In this document: piece by piece, positions 15,128 to 27,459 of the stretch | How the letters are laid out: each line of letters begins with the position of its first letter | How positions within the stretch are numbered: the stretch's first letter is position 1 | NCBI GenBank assembly: GCA_013239625.1 | Contig: MU054323.1 | Location: forward strand, 17,922,029 to 17,986,028 | Direction: 5' to 3' | Length of the DNA: 64,000 nucleotides | DNA from: Lama guanicoe | Lineage: Eukaryota | Translations under genes and position numbers: made by a program | Notes under the pieces: model-generated | Seen by the model: the letters and a program-made list of their open reading frames with translations, nothing else | The model's database searches: none | What the model was told of the DNA's origin: nothing

Positions 15128-15316
15128 CAGTGGGTTTCAACCTTGGCTGCACACCAGAATCACCTGGTTAATTCTTTAGCTGTACCTAAACTGGACCCCA
15201 CCCCAGACCAATTAATTCAGAATGTCTGCAGCTGGGTCTGGGTTTGAGTATTTTTGGAAAAAAAAACAACAAACATCTCAGATAATTCTGCTGTAGAGCT
15301 GGGATGGGAGCCACTG
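15128..15316. mobile_element. MER5-like hAT-Charlie element
   Basis: Termini CAGTGG...CCACTG; ggctgcacaccagaatcacctgg...ccccaccccagaccaattaattcagaat. Confidence 0.8.
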
Positions 15317-15351
15317 GACTGGGCCAGAGCTGCGGTCATCTCCTTAGTAGC

Positions 15352-15441
15352 TAACATTTATTTAGCACTTACAAATTTGCCAGTAACTGTTTTTTTCCAG
15401 GTATAATTTTATTTAATCCTCTTAAAAGTTCTATGAGGTAG
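15352..15441 (-). mobile_element. MIR SINE, left half (right half ~16291-16332), split by the LTR
   Basis: taacatttatttagcacttac...atttaatcctc...ctatgaggtag continues after the LTR as gaactcttactccattttcctgataatgaagctgagg. Confidence 0.75.
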
Positions 15442-16290
15442 TAGTGCTGGGCTACAAGCCTTGTAGCTGCCCAGCCTTGAGACCGAAGCAAGAGGCCGGA
15501 GAGAGACGTCAGTGGTTTATTGGACAGGGGATTTTACACATCGGAAGCAAGGTCCTGGAGCAACACCCCAGTATGTGCAACAGATGGCGGGCAGGACATG
15601 GCAACAGCCTTCACTACCCAGGGAGAAGGAGGCTACCATCTATAGGGGGAACTGACACCAGGTTGGCTCATCAGTTACCAGGGAAACCAGCAGCTGAGGC
15701 ACGAGGCACGAGGCACGTCCCTCACAGCCCCTCAGGTTACCGAGGATCATGAGGGAAAATGCTGCCCTTTAATAAACTGGTAGATGAAGCTGTTCTGGCC
15801 TAAGGATTAGAAACATCACTGGGCGGGGCAGAGGGTGAATGCATTCATGTGAGCAGGGTGTCTGGGAAGCAGGGGCTGGTCAAGCAGGGGATGCACAAAG
15901 AGAACCGCTGTCAGCTGAGGGATGCTGAAGAGCGTTTCCAGGAGGTGAGCTGCCCAACTGGAAGGTGTGAGGAGCGGGCATAATGCGTGAGGAGCCCACA
16001 CGGAGCAAAACAGCACTTCATTGCATTACAAGCGGGTGGCGTGCGTGGTGGGCGGCGTTCAGGTGTATGCACTTGCCCTTTTATAATGCCAGTGGCGCAT
16101 GCGTAGTGTTCATAATGCGGACCCACGCTACTGGCGCATGCGTATTGTTCATAATGCGTAGTCACGCTACTAGCGCATGCGTACATTTACCTCTCACCAG
16201 GTGCAAGGTATTGTGAACTTCGGCCTGGGCCCCGTGGCCTACTCACTTAAGGCTGCCGACAGCAGCCATCCTGAGGGGCCCGACCTCACA
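15442..16290 (-). mobile_element. Solo LTR (849 bp) inserted into a MIR
   Basis: 5-bp TSD GGTAG at 15437-15441 and 16291-16295; ends in CA; minus-strand TATAAAA (16079-16085) and AATAAA (15516-15521); MIR sequence resumes on both sides. Confidence 0.82.
16081..16187. repeat. 39-bp tandem repeat (~2.7 copies) inside the LTR, each with GCGCATGCGT
   Basis: Full units at 16110-16148 and 16149-16187, partial unit at 16081-16109; GCGCATGCG at 16095, 16134 and 16173. Confidence 0.9.
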
Positions 16291-18205
16291 GGTAGGAACT
16301 CTTACTCCATTTTCCTGATAATGAAGCTGAGGAGCGGATGCAGAACATTTGCTCATTTTTTTTCTATGTGTGGGTATAGGACAACATTAAAACCCTTCCA
16401 TGGTGTTTCCTTATCCTTAAATGGATGGATGGGCACTAGCTAACTTCTGAGCTTTGCCTTCTAACTCATGCATTATCCTGGCTTATACGTATGTGTGAGA
16501 AAGATGCTTTGTAAACTTGGGAAAGTTGCCACACCAGGAGTACAACACCGTTTCAGATTTTAATTCTATAAAAGATGCTTTTTTTTTCTTCCCTTCATTA
16601 TAAAAACAGATTGGGTACTCAAAAAAGGGTCATGATAATCTGCCTACCCCCCACCCAGAAATCAAGCCTGATTTCCAGGTGACAGTGTCCACATATTGTC
16701 ACAGGAGCCTTTTGGAGGAGGTGGGATGATCTTGGTGACCACACAAGCTCTCACCGCGGCCCGTGGGTGTATTCCCCAGCAATCTCTCAGGCCTGTTTAA
16801 TAAACCCATCCCTCTGGAGGAGATCAGAGACATATAGAAAGGGGCAATTATTTTCATGTATTACTTATGTGGGAAATTTCCAAAGCAGAAGAGCTATTTC
16901 TTTGATGTTTTTATTTAAAGATCCCTGCAGAAGATGTCAAGACTCTTGAACATTTATATTCCAACCACCAAAGCGGCGTCTGAGTGAGTGACTTTTGAAG
17001 TTTCTGAGCAGCTTCCTGGGGCTTTGAGGTGTGAGTGGAAGACAGCCTGGGAGTGACAGAAGGTTGAAGGGTTCACACACCAGAAAGATTTGCCAAAAGC
17101 TAGGGGAGTTCACTTCGGATTCAAACGTGTGCTGGCGAGAGCCTCCCTGACTTCCAGCCAACGTGAGCTCAGAGCAAGGTCCCTTGCTCTCTGTTTACTG
17201 TCACAGAGTGTGAGTGAATGTTGTCGAAGTCAGGCATTTGGTCTCCAGTCCTTAGGCTTCTCTTTGGGGTGTTTTCTTAATTGGCTTGTGAATGGAGAGG
17301 GATGGAAATGGCTGCACAGCACTGCGTGGGGCAGGAGTAATGGAGACAGTTGTGCTTCCTATGTTCTCTCAGTCCCACTTCTGGTTGCCTGCCTGTAGCC
17401 AGACTTTTTTTTTTTTTTTTTTGCCTTGGGGAATTTTTGCAGGGCAGAAAGCAGAGGTAGCTGAGCTCTTTGAAGTGAGGATGCAGTGGGTCCAGAGGAC
17501 TGACTTTGTGAATGAGAAGTGCTCAGGAGCATCCCGGAGCCTGGAAAGAGAAAAGGATGGCAGCCCTGTGATTGGCTGGGTCCACAGTGAGGGTGGCTGT
17601 GGGGTATCCAGAGATACAGGGGCCCTGGCACTCCCAACCATGGTTTCAGAGCAGCAGAATCAGGGCTGGGAAGGGCCAAGCCTTGGGAGGATGGGCTTCT
17701 CATTGGTAGCCAGTCTGACCCTTGGAAGGGCCAAGGACATTGGCACAGCTGTGTGTGTGTCCCCAGTAATAACTGAGGGCAAACTCCGCCCAGCACTACA
17801 AGAAAGGGCTTTGAGTAGGAAGTAAATGGATTTACAGAACACCTGGGATTGTAGACGAAGTGTTAGAGCAGGCAGATAGCTAGATATGAGCAGAGAAAGG
17901 GGGATGGTTGCATCTATCGGCAACAGAAGGATCATGTCCACTTGCTACATATAGACAACATTTACAAAAAAAAAGGGGGGGTGCTTTACCCAAAACCTTG
18001 ATTACATGTCCATACGCCCCACGGGCCCTTCCTTTTAACAGTGTCTTCCTTGGTTTATCTGCAATGTTAGAACCATTGCCACTCACTCCAAGGGAACCCT
18101 GTCCACTCCTCCTCTGCAGCACCATGGACCCTTGACCATTAAAAGTCCAGGATGTAGGAAACTTACATAGAATGTAATTTCTCCATAGAAGTCAGTGTAT
18201 CTTTC

Positions 18206-18314
18206 AATATTTATTGAATTCCTGCTAATGTGCCAAGAAGTATTCTAGGCACTTAGGAAATATCAGTGAAGCAAAACAGACCAAGGTTCTTGCTTCTGCG
18301 AAGCTTATTCTAGT
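18206..18314 (-). mobile_element. L2 3' end
   Basis: aatatttattgaattcctgctaatgtgccaag...tattctaggcact...cagtgaagcaaaacagac. Confidence 0.7.
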
Positions 18315-18606
18315 AAAATGCAGTAAAATACAAGTTAAAAATTCACCCTTTCAAGCCCCACATGATTTCATAAATCCAGAATGAAAGTAATTCAACACAG
18401 TTATTAAGATAGATTTCTTCCGAATTAAGTTTTCACTGGCTGTGCAGTTCCCCTCATATCATTCTTTGAATCCACCCTCAGTAACGTGAAAAGTACATTA
18501 TTAACTTTTTTTTGAGGGGGAGGGGTACATTTGCCTCTCGAAGATTTCCCATTTGAAACTTTAATCTGAGAATGACAGAGATGTACCGCAAGAATAAACC
18601 TCAGTC

Positions 18607-18667
18607 ACCTGAGCTAAGGAACCTGGCTCCAAAGGTTACCTGAGCCCAAAGGCTACCTGAGCCAAGG
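18607..18667. repeat. Degenerate 13-17 bp minisatellite (ACCTGAGCCCAAAGG x4)
   Basis: acctgagctaagga / acctggctccaaaggtt / acctgagcccaaaggct / acctgagccaagg. Confidence 0.7.
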
Positions 18668-19839
18668 ACGGAGAGGGACCTGGGGTCCTAGAGACTCAGG
18701 AGGCCACAGGGTCAAGTTAACTGGCCCAGTGGAGGCCAGTGCATCTGGGGTGCAAATGCCACCCGGTCACTGCCTCCGGGTCTCTGCTCAGGCTGTTTCC
18801 TCTGCCCTGGGGACACCTCCCATACCGTTCTTTGGTCAAGCTGACCTTTCCCTGAGTCTCAGCTTCAACACAACAATCCTAGAAGCAGCCTTGAGCACAC
18901 TACACAGTTTGAACCCTTTTCCCACCCAGTCACACTCTGCCTGCTAATCATCTGCTCACCCCTAACTGCATCATAGACTCTTGCAAGGTGTAAACTGTGT
19001 ATTTGGGTTTTGTCTCCAGGGCTTAGCCTTGGACCCCGAGAGATACTCATGAATCTCTGCAGAATAAATGTATGAATTCAGAGTCATAAAGACAAACTCT
19101 CCTCTTGCCTGGACAGAACTGACTCCCTTAGCACCAATTTTAGGGAACCCATAAAAAAAAAAATAGACAGTAGTGTAATAGGCTAAATGGAATGAGAATC
19201 TAGCTTGGCAAGAAAGGAAATCTCATTAGAATAATTAAAAGGACTATTAACCCAGACTAACTCAGATATAACTTGCAATGTGTTATGGATTAAGTACTAT
19301 GGAACATTCATTTGATGGCTCAAACAGTATTAGGTTAGTAACGCAATATGGTTCTACACCTCAATTTCAAGCTTTCCCATTTACGTGCTGATATGTTTCA
19401 CATCTCTAATTGGAATTCTGAAAGGCAGGCTTCAAAAATGATTTCCTTTGAATGCAAATAGCTGTACCTCCCGAGAACCTTTTACACTGCAGCATTTGAA
19501 TTTCTCCCGGGCCGTGTCCTTTGACCAGAATTTCTTGCTGCAGGACGACCACAGATGCGTGAAGACGCTCAAGGCACCTTGTTGCATGCTGGGAGCGTGG
19601 TTATCGAGTGTATTTCCCCTTTTATACAACCCATTCTTTGCCATCCTTCAAAGCAAGATTTCTGATTGTTCTAAAACCTATTAGACTATGTCTTCATGTA
19701 GGGTCCACAAGAGGAAAACAAATTGGCTGGCTATAAAATAAGATACTTTGCTGTCTTATTTTTCTTCTCTGTTAGTATGTACTGTAAAATGCTGCCTGCC
19801 GTTTGTAAGGCCTTGGGCTACACATGGGCCTCTCTGCAG

Positions 19840-20245
19840 ACAGGAGCTGAGAGAATAGTGGGCTGGAGAGGCGAGAGCAAGTGGGCAGTGGTGTAGGCGA
19901 GATTTCCAAGATATGCAGAGCCCTGCTGACACTGTAAAAAAAAGGGGTTTTATTCTGGCCATGGAAGTCCTTAAAGGACAGCGGTGGGATCTGATTTCTA
20001 TTTTAATGATGTCAAGGTTGTCGCTGGGTGGAGAGAATGGATTGGAAAAAGCCAAGACACGAGATGGAGAAGCCAGTTGAGGAAGCTGGGTGTTGCAGGA
20101 ATCCAGGAGACGCGATGATGGCTACAAAGATGGCGATGAAGATGGGGAGAAGTGATATATTTAAGAAGTATTTTAGAGGTGGAATTGACAAGATGTGCTG
20201 GTAAATTGGATGGAGGGGGAAGGAAGGGACATTATCAAAGATGTG
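19840..20245 (-). mobile_element. L2 fragment
   Basis: ggagagaatggattgg...aatccaggagacgcgatgatggc...gaggtggaattgacaagat. Confidence 0.7.
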
Positions 20246-21649
20246 ACAACGAAGCAATTTTTAGAGTTAGGTTATTTACTAAGAAAATTATGGTTCTTAA
20301 AAAGGGGATACCATAGCTTGAGAAAAGGAGAAAAAATACAAAGTTTTATGGCAAAACCAGTTAGGAAAAATCCTTTATTGAGTGGAGCCCAGGCTTGAAA
20401 AGCTGTAGTTGAGAATATGGCCCCATGACCCCACTGTACCTTCTTTTTAATTGATCCAATAGCCAGCCATGTCCTCTTTGGTTCCTAGTTGTCCTCCAGA
20501 AGCTGCTGATAACCAGGGTTGGCAAAGAGGATTCAGTATGAGTGTGAACTTGATCAATTAGTGGTGACTGGGAGGATTTCAGTCCAGCCACAGAGGGAAG
20601 GATGTTGTGATGGTGACTGAATGGGAAAGGCAGATGTCACTCGCTGGCCACTCCCAGCTTAAATCCCACGTGGTAGACTGTTGGCCCGCTCTCGTTAAGT
20701 TTCCATCACGTCTTAGGGCTGGCATTGCTGACAGTCACCAAATGCACAGACCACTGCCCCATCATCTGCTCATTCTGGGTGGCCAGGACTCAAATGTTGT
20801 CACCACCTTGAGCATGGGTTGTGAGGATGGATGAACTGTACCCTCAGGTTCTTTAGGAAACGTTCTATATCTTCATAGGACCATAGAGGTAAATTCCCTC
20901 AGTAGCTGGATAGATGTGGAGTGACGTCCTCTGGGGATTCTGGGAAGTGCATGGAAGCCTTGCTGGTGCAGGGGTTCATGGAGGCTCCACTAGAACCAGG
21001 CAAGAAGGGCCTGGGACTCCACTGACTGTGCTCCCAGAACACAGTAGGTCCCTCACCATCACAGACAGATGTCAAGCTCGGGACGTTTGGTTCTTGAATC
21101 ATAAAACACCTTTTATTTTTATCCTCATGGCTTTGCCTGTCAGTCATGTTGACTGTGGTGAGGACCTGAATACTCGCTTTAGAAATCTGGCCGTGCCTGA
21201 GCTGAACTTCCCTGAGCTGTGGCATTAGTGGGCTTGAAACTCATTCCCCACAACCTAAAACACCTCACAGCTCATCACAGCGGCTGAAGCTGTTAAGCAC
21301 AGCAGCCCGAAAAGAACCCAGACACCTGCATAAATTGCTGAGGTTTTCTCATCTCTCCGTAAGCCCTGGTTTCCATTTGTTAGTTCTGGATTCTATTTTT
21401 CGCTCAAAAACCACTTCCCTCTTTCAAAGCACTTGATTCTAAGAGGATGATGCTGGAGTCCCATTCTTGTCAATTCCTAGGTCTCCTTGCTCCTTGTAAA
21501 TATTAGGCATAAAGAAGTGGGAAAGAGAGCTCTGATTCTCAAGGCCTCTCCAGTTCTGTCTCTCGACATTGATGAGATACCAAAGGGACTGACTGAGGTT
21601 CCTGAGGGGCTATTCCAGGCCACGCTCTTTATAAACCGTATCTTGTTTT

Positions 21650-21780
21650 TACAGCCCCTACTTTATAGACAGAGGAACTATAGTTCATAGAAGGTAAATC
21701 ACCTTCCCTAAGGTACCAAGTGGCAGAACCAAGGTTTGGATGCTGGCCTGTTTGCTGCAAAGTCATTATTCTTTCCACTT
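21650..21780 (-). mobile_element. MIR SINE
   Basis: ctttatagacagaggaact...cctaaggtaccaagtggcagaaccaaggtttg. Confidence 0.55.
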
Positions 21781-23050
21781 TCCCACCTGACATCCGCATC
21801 ACCTACCCGAAACCCAGCACAAACGCCAATAGTGCACTTTTAACCGTATGTGCGCTTATTTTCCAAAACTGTGTACAGCTAGGTAAGTTCACGTTCCCCC
21901 TCATTTTTCATGGTTCCCCTTGGAAGTTATGGCTCTGCAGTTTTTAATCCAGCTGCTGAATTTCTCCACCGGAGCACACACTGCCCTTTGTAACTCTGTA
22001 AAGAATGCCAGACCTGTTTTTATAAGCACAGCACCTCTCCTTACATGAGTGCCCTTCAGGAGCTCCTGTACTCTGCAGTCGCCTAAAGGTATGACAGCAA
22101 TTTTAATTACTTTCTTGGCACTCCCCCCGACAGAACATTTTGAGAAATTCTCATGTCACTAGGGCGGCTCAAAGATTAATATTAAAGTGTGTAGGTCCTC
22201 TTTCCTTTGTCCTGTGAAAGCATTCCTGGTGGCTTTTTTAAAACATTAAATGAAAGTGACTATTCAGAAAGGAGGCTATCTGGTTAGAGACAGTGTAGGA
22301 ACTCGGAGACTCATGAATTTTAGTCCTTGTGTTGTGACCGTCTTAATCTGTGGTCCTGAAAGTCAGTCATCAATTCTGAAACTCTGGTGTCATCCACGAG
22401 CTGATGTGCCTTGCAGGGGTGTTGGCAGTAACCACACTTTTAAGAAGCCCACAAAATACTTCAAACACTAGAAACTTTTATTTATCCAAGTTGAATGATT
22501 AGTAATTCTGAAAATATCGCATGAAATTACACAAACAGTAAAAGAAAGCCATCTGATACTGAGTTGAATAAGGATATCTTCCAAGTTTTTGAAATTACGA
22601 ATCAAGGGGAGTTCTTCATTTTATATTTTCTCTTGAAGAGGTTGGTCTCTGTGCGGTAACTTCAAAACCAAACCAAACCAAACCACACCTTGAGACAGCC
22701 TTGGGAGGTATGTGGTAGTCTTATTGTCATCTTGTTAACAATAGTCTCTGAGCATTAACCCAAGATCTCTCAGCCAGTTTCTGGCAAGGCATCTACCCCT
22801 GCCCTGCCCGCCAGCAGATGAGCTAACTAGGTTTTGAGGTCCACAAAGTGTCTGTATTCTTGCAAATGTGTCGATGGAATGTCAGTCTCTGCTTTACGCC
22901 TCTGCTGTGACGACAGTAAATTGCTCTCCTGCCAACATGTTTCTCAAAGAAAGGGGACTTGGGAATTGAAACTAAACCAAGTGTGAAGGGTAATCTGGGG
23001 GAGACAACGCATGTGATTAAGGCAGTATTGATTCAGAAGATGAGCCAGTT

Positions 23051-24189
23051 TTTTTTTTTACATTTTTTATTGATTCATAATCATTTTACAGTGTTGTGTC
23101 AAATTCCAGTGTTCAGCACAATTTTTCAGTCATTCATGGACATATACACACTCATTGTCACATTTTTTCCTCTGTGATTTATCATAACATTTTGTGTATA
23201 TTTCCCTGTGCTATACAGTGTAATCTTGTTTATCTATTCTACAATTTTGAAATCCCAGTCTATCCCTTCCCACCCTCTACCCCCCTGGTAACCACAAGTC
23301 TGTATTCTCTGTCCATGAGTCTTTAGATTCCACATATGAGCGATCCCATATGGTATTTTTCTTTCTCTATCTGGCTTACTTCACTTAGAATGACATTCTC
23401 TAGGAGCATCCATGTTGCTGCAAATGGCGTTATGTTGTCGGTTTTTATGGCTGAGTAGTATTCCATTGTATAAATATACCACATCTTCTTTATCCAGTCA
23501 CCTGTTGATGGACATTTAGGCTGTTTCCATGTTTTGGCTATTGTAAATAGTGCTGCTATGAACATTGGGGTGCAGGTGTCATCCTGAAGTAGATTTCCTT
23601 CTGGATACAAGCCCAGGAGTGGGATTCCTGGGTCATATGGTAAGTCTATTCCTAGTCTTTTGAGGAATCTCCACACTGTTTTCCATAGTGGCTGCACCAA
23701 ACTGCATTCCCACCAGCAGTGTAGGAGGGTTCCCCTTTCTCCACAGCCTCTCCAGCATTTGTCATTTTTGGATTTTTGAATGACGGCCATTCTGACTGGT
23801 GTGAGGTGATACCTCATTGTAGTTTTGATTTGCATTTCTCTGATAATTAGTGATATTGAGCATTTTTTCATGTGCTTTTTGATCATTTGTATGTCTTCCT
23901 TGGAGAATTGCTTGTTTAGGTCTTCTGCCCATTTTTGGATTGGGTTGTTTATTTTTTTCTTATTGAGTCGTATGAGCTGCTTATATATTTTGGAGATCAA
24001 GCCTTTGTCGGTTTCACTTGCAAAAATTTTCTCCCATTCCGTAGGTTTTCTTCTTGTTTTATTTCTGGTTTCCTTTGCTCTGCAGAAGCTTGTAAGTTTC
24101 ATTAGGTCCCATTTGTTTATTCTTGCTTTTATTTCTTCTAGGAGAAAATTTTTGAAATGTATGTCAGATAATGTTTTGCCTATGTTTTC
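23051..24189 (-). mobile_element. Young 5'-truncated LINE-1 (ORF2 C-terminus, 3'UTR, polyA)
   Basis: Open ORF2 frame with CCHC knuckle ([18 protein letters not shown]); poly-T at 23049-23059; TSD GAGCCAGTT at 23042-23050 and 24190-24198. Confidence 0.96.
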
Positions 24190-24819
24190 GAGCCAGTTCT
24201 TAAGCAAAGAATTTTCCAAACAAAGCAACAAGTTTAAAAGAGTGCTCACAGGAGTGAGGAATGGTGTTCGAGAGAATTGGAGTGAGGGGGAAGGAAGAAT
24301 GAGGGTGAGCAGCAGTGAGGTGGGCTGAGGGGTAAGGGTCCCACGGAGCCACTTGGGGCTGGATGTATAGACACCTTCTTCTCACAACCTTGCCAAAAGA
24401 CAAAACAAACAAAAAACCCCAAGAAAACAGTTACTGTGGGGAGCCAGATGAGCCAGATGAGTGAATAATGCAATGGGTTAAGGTGAAATTTAGTCCAACT
24501 TCATTATTTTTAAAAGCAGTCAGCCTGCAGGTCTGTGATACGCCTACATAATCAAGAAGGGTGTCACGGAAAATGTCGAGCTTTTACCTGAGCTGCTGGT
24601 TCTGTGCTGCGTGATTCCATACATTATAATGTCAGAGGGAAAAGGAAAAAAAATTTCCCTCAGGGAGTCACAGTTGGAAATTTTTTTCTTTTTTCCGTTG
24701 TAACATGGGAGGGCATGGATTTGGGCAGAGCGAGAGGGAGCTTTGTCTGGCATCTGGAATCTTTCTGGCTCTGTTGACCTGGTTGGCAGATGGGCGTGGA
24801 AAGGAATTGTCATGTGGTC

Positions 24820-25315
24820 ATTCACTTACCAAATCTGTATTGTGTGCCTAGTACGTGCCAGAGACTGACTTCAGTAGAGAGGGATAAACTGTGAGCAAGT
24901 CAACGAGGCCACTGTCTTCATGGAGCCGCCATTGTGATGGTGGAGAGACGGTCCACAAACAGACATGTCAGCTGTATGGAGAGAGATGGAGACAGCTAAG
25001 AGAATGGAGCATGAAGGGTGAGGTGGTGGCTCGTTTAGCTGGGGGGCCAATGATGGCCTCGCTAATAAGGGGACATTTGAGCAGAGAGCCTGGGCAGTGC
25101 AGGTGCATGGGGACTTGTCCAGGGAGAGAGGGCAGCAAGTCCAAAGATGCATGGAGCTTTGCACATTCCAGGGTCAGTAAGGGGGGCCGAACGAAAGGGA
25201 GCGTGTCAGAGATGAAGGATGAGGGGTACCAGAACAAGACTTGGGGTTTTCTTCTGAGGAAAATGAAAAATCACTAGGGGGTTTTGAGCAAGAGAGTGAT
25301 ATCATCTGATTTACA
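24820..25315 (-). mobile_element. L2 3' fragment
   Basis: ttcacttaccaaat...gtgcctagtacgtgccag...gacatttgagcagaga...ggttttgagcaagagagtga. Confidence 0.7.
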
Positions 25316-27440
25316 GAAAAACAAAAACAAAAACCCCTCTGGCCCAGTGAATTACTTTTCTTTGCTTCTCATGTTAGTACCCAGAGCCCAGGCCTGGGCA
25401 CTTGGATCCCCCTGGCAGAATTTATGGTCAACATGCCCACTCTCCCAAGGTGAACTCAGTCTCAAATAGTGTAGACATATCCAGGGCAGGAGCCACAAAA
25501 GGGCAGTTAGAAGGATGACCACTCAGTGCATAAGAGACCGGGGCAGGCAGGGAGCGGACCTGGAGTCATTGTTCTCATTTGTTACACACTTGGGAAGGCA
25601 GTTATGCACTGAAGGAACGTGATGAAAACTGACAATATTAAATGCTTGTGGCATCCAGATGGCAAAATAACACTGCAAATTCCTGATTCTCTAGAACATA
25701 ATAAGTTCATAGAGTGTAAGTAAAGACGAAGCTTACCACACCTAGGCATGTTTTCAGTTGTTTTTTTAACTTTCAAAAAAATCCATTACTTTTCACTGTC
25801 AAGTATTTGCCTGGACTCTGTTCATCTTTCTCTCTCTGTCAAGCTTTTTCAGAGAGTGGTTTTATCCCTCTGTTTCCAGGGGTCAGGGATAGCCCTATCT
25901 GTCAGACACTGGGACCTCCGCATGGTGCCCTCCTGCTCCCTGCCTGCCTCTCCTGCTAGACAGCGGTCACAGCAGCATTGCGGGTGAGGTCCCTTAACCA
26001 AGGAGCACCCCCAGAGCCTGTCACGCAGTAAGCACTCAGAAATGCCTGCTACATGAATGAGTGAAGGAGCAAATGAATGAGTGAAAGAATAAGACAATCG
26101 AAAGGCTATAAACACTATGGGAAAATACCTAGGGCTTTGTATATGAATGAAAATGCATGAAAATACTCACTTAGGATTTCTTTATTACCAGGATTTCTCT
26201 GTTAAGACCTTGCTTCTCACCTAAGTTTTGTCCAAAACTTCCTTGCACAGCATCTTGAACAGTCATATTGCCTAATATCCAAGTGCCTCTTGAAAAATCA
26301 ACATATTTTGAGTCCCCAGTGAGACTTAGCTTTCGAGGTTATGTAGGAAGTAGGTAGGGGTCTCCCCTGAGAGTTGTCTGTCTCTCAAATGGCTTTCTGG
26401 GTGTTCCTTTGATTTACTGTCCTCAGATCCACAAGCATTTGTTCCCTTCTAATAGGAGCCAGTTTAATGTAGTTCGAGTAATATGAACTGTTCTTGGGTG
26501 CCACACCCTGTGCCAAAGCGGAGGAAATACTGTAGAAAACTCTTAACTAGAAGATAGCCTCAAATTTTGGAAGATTTTCAAAAAGATTTATTGGCTTGCG
26601 CATTTGTTAAAAGATATTTTAGCAGAAACTGAAACCATGATTTAGTTCTGCCAAATACACAGAGATACTTAGAAGCACTGCCTCTCATGATCACCACCAC
26701 TGTCATTCACGTCAATGAAGAAACACATTTTTAACACATTTTTTTTTGCCATTTGCTGCATCTTGGTTACCGACATAAAAGATGTCCACCTTTACATATT
26801 TTTTTTTTCTCCTGAAGATGCAAGTAAGGCTTAGGCACAGAATGAAAAAGACTGTATTGTCCGAAATCTTTGAGAGGCCAAAATATTAAAAGTAATTTGG
26901 GGTGGGGGAGGGGCGGCAAAGAAGATACAGTTGAGACCAGGAAAATAGCAGAAGGGCACATGCCCAATATGTGGGAGCCTCGCACTGAGAATGAGATGGG
27001 CAGGGCCTGCCTGATAGGAGTGGGCTTCAGTAACCGCTACGTGGGACGAGGTTCCCAGCTGCAATGGGCAGAATCTGCTCTAGGTCGTTTAGCAGAAAAG
27101 GAGTTCCTTAAAAATATACATATATGAAGGTGTTCAAGAGGGCAGGAAATGAGTCTAAGTGGCAATACAACTAGGAACGCCTTCCAAACCCTGTGACAGA
27201 ACTGTTGTCACAGTGACCCACTGCAGCCTCTGCTGCGTAGCCACACTACAGCTGGCACCACTGCTTCTGGGTCTGGAACCCTGCCCTCTGTCCCTGCTGA
27301 CTCCTGAGGCCAGGAGCTTCTGCTGACGTCCTTCCAGGCAGTGGGTTCCGTTATGGTGCCTGCTTCGTTAGAAGTGCTGGGTTAACAGCCATCCCTCCCA
27401 CTTTCACCCCTTGGTCCCTTTATTCTGACTTTGGGAGAAA

Positions 27441-27459
27441 GAGCACCATCTACTGGTCG
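27441..27459 (-). promoter_or_regulatory. Candidate CTCF site
   Basis: Minus strand CGACCAGTAGATGGTGCTC versus core CCASYAGRKGGCRS, one mismatch. Motif match only. Confidence 0.4.

Noticed and set aside
15911..16186. ORF with repeated YACASSV..HYE peptide
   Set aside because: Translation of the 39-bp LTR repeat (a multiple of 3), not a repeat protein.
16081..16187. CRISPR-like repeat-spacer pattern
   Set aside because: Units are contiguous with no unique spacers, there are no cas genes, and the context is a mammalian LTR.
17292..17941. Overlapping 90-177 aa ORFs on both strands
   Set aside because: They cross a T15 homopolymer, show no homology I recognise and are intergenic; likely chance.
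23323..24249. 308-aa ORF as a host gene
   Set aside because: It is the L1 ORF2 C-terminus; the first ~20 residues are flank beyond the truncation point and there is no ATG start.
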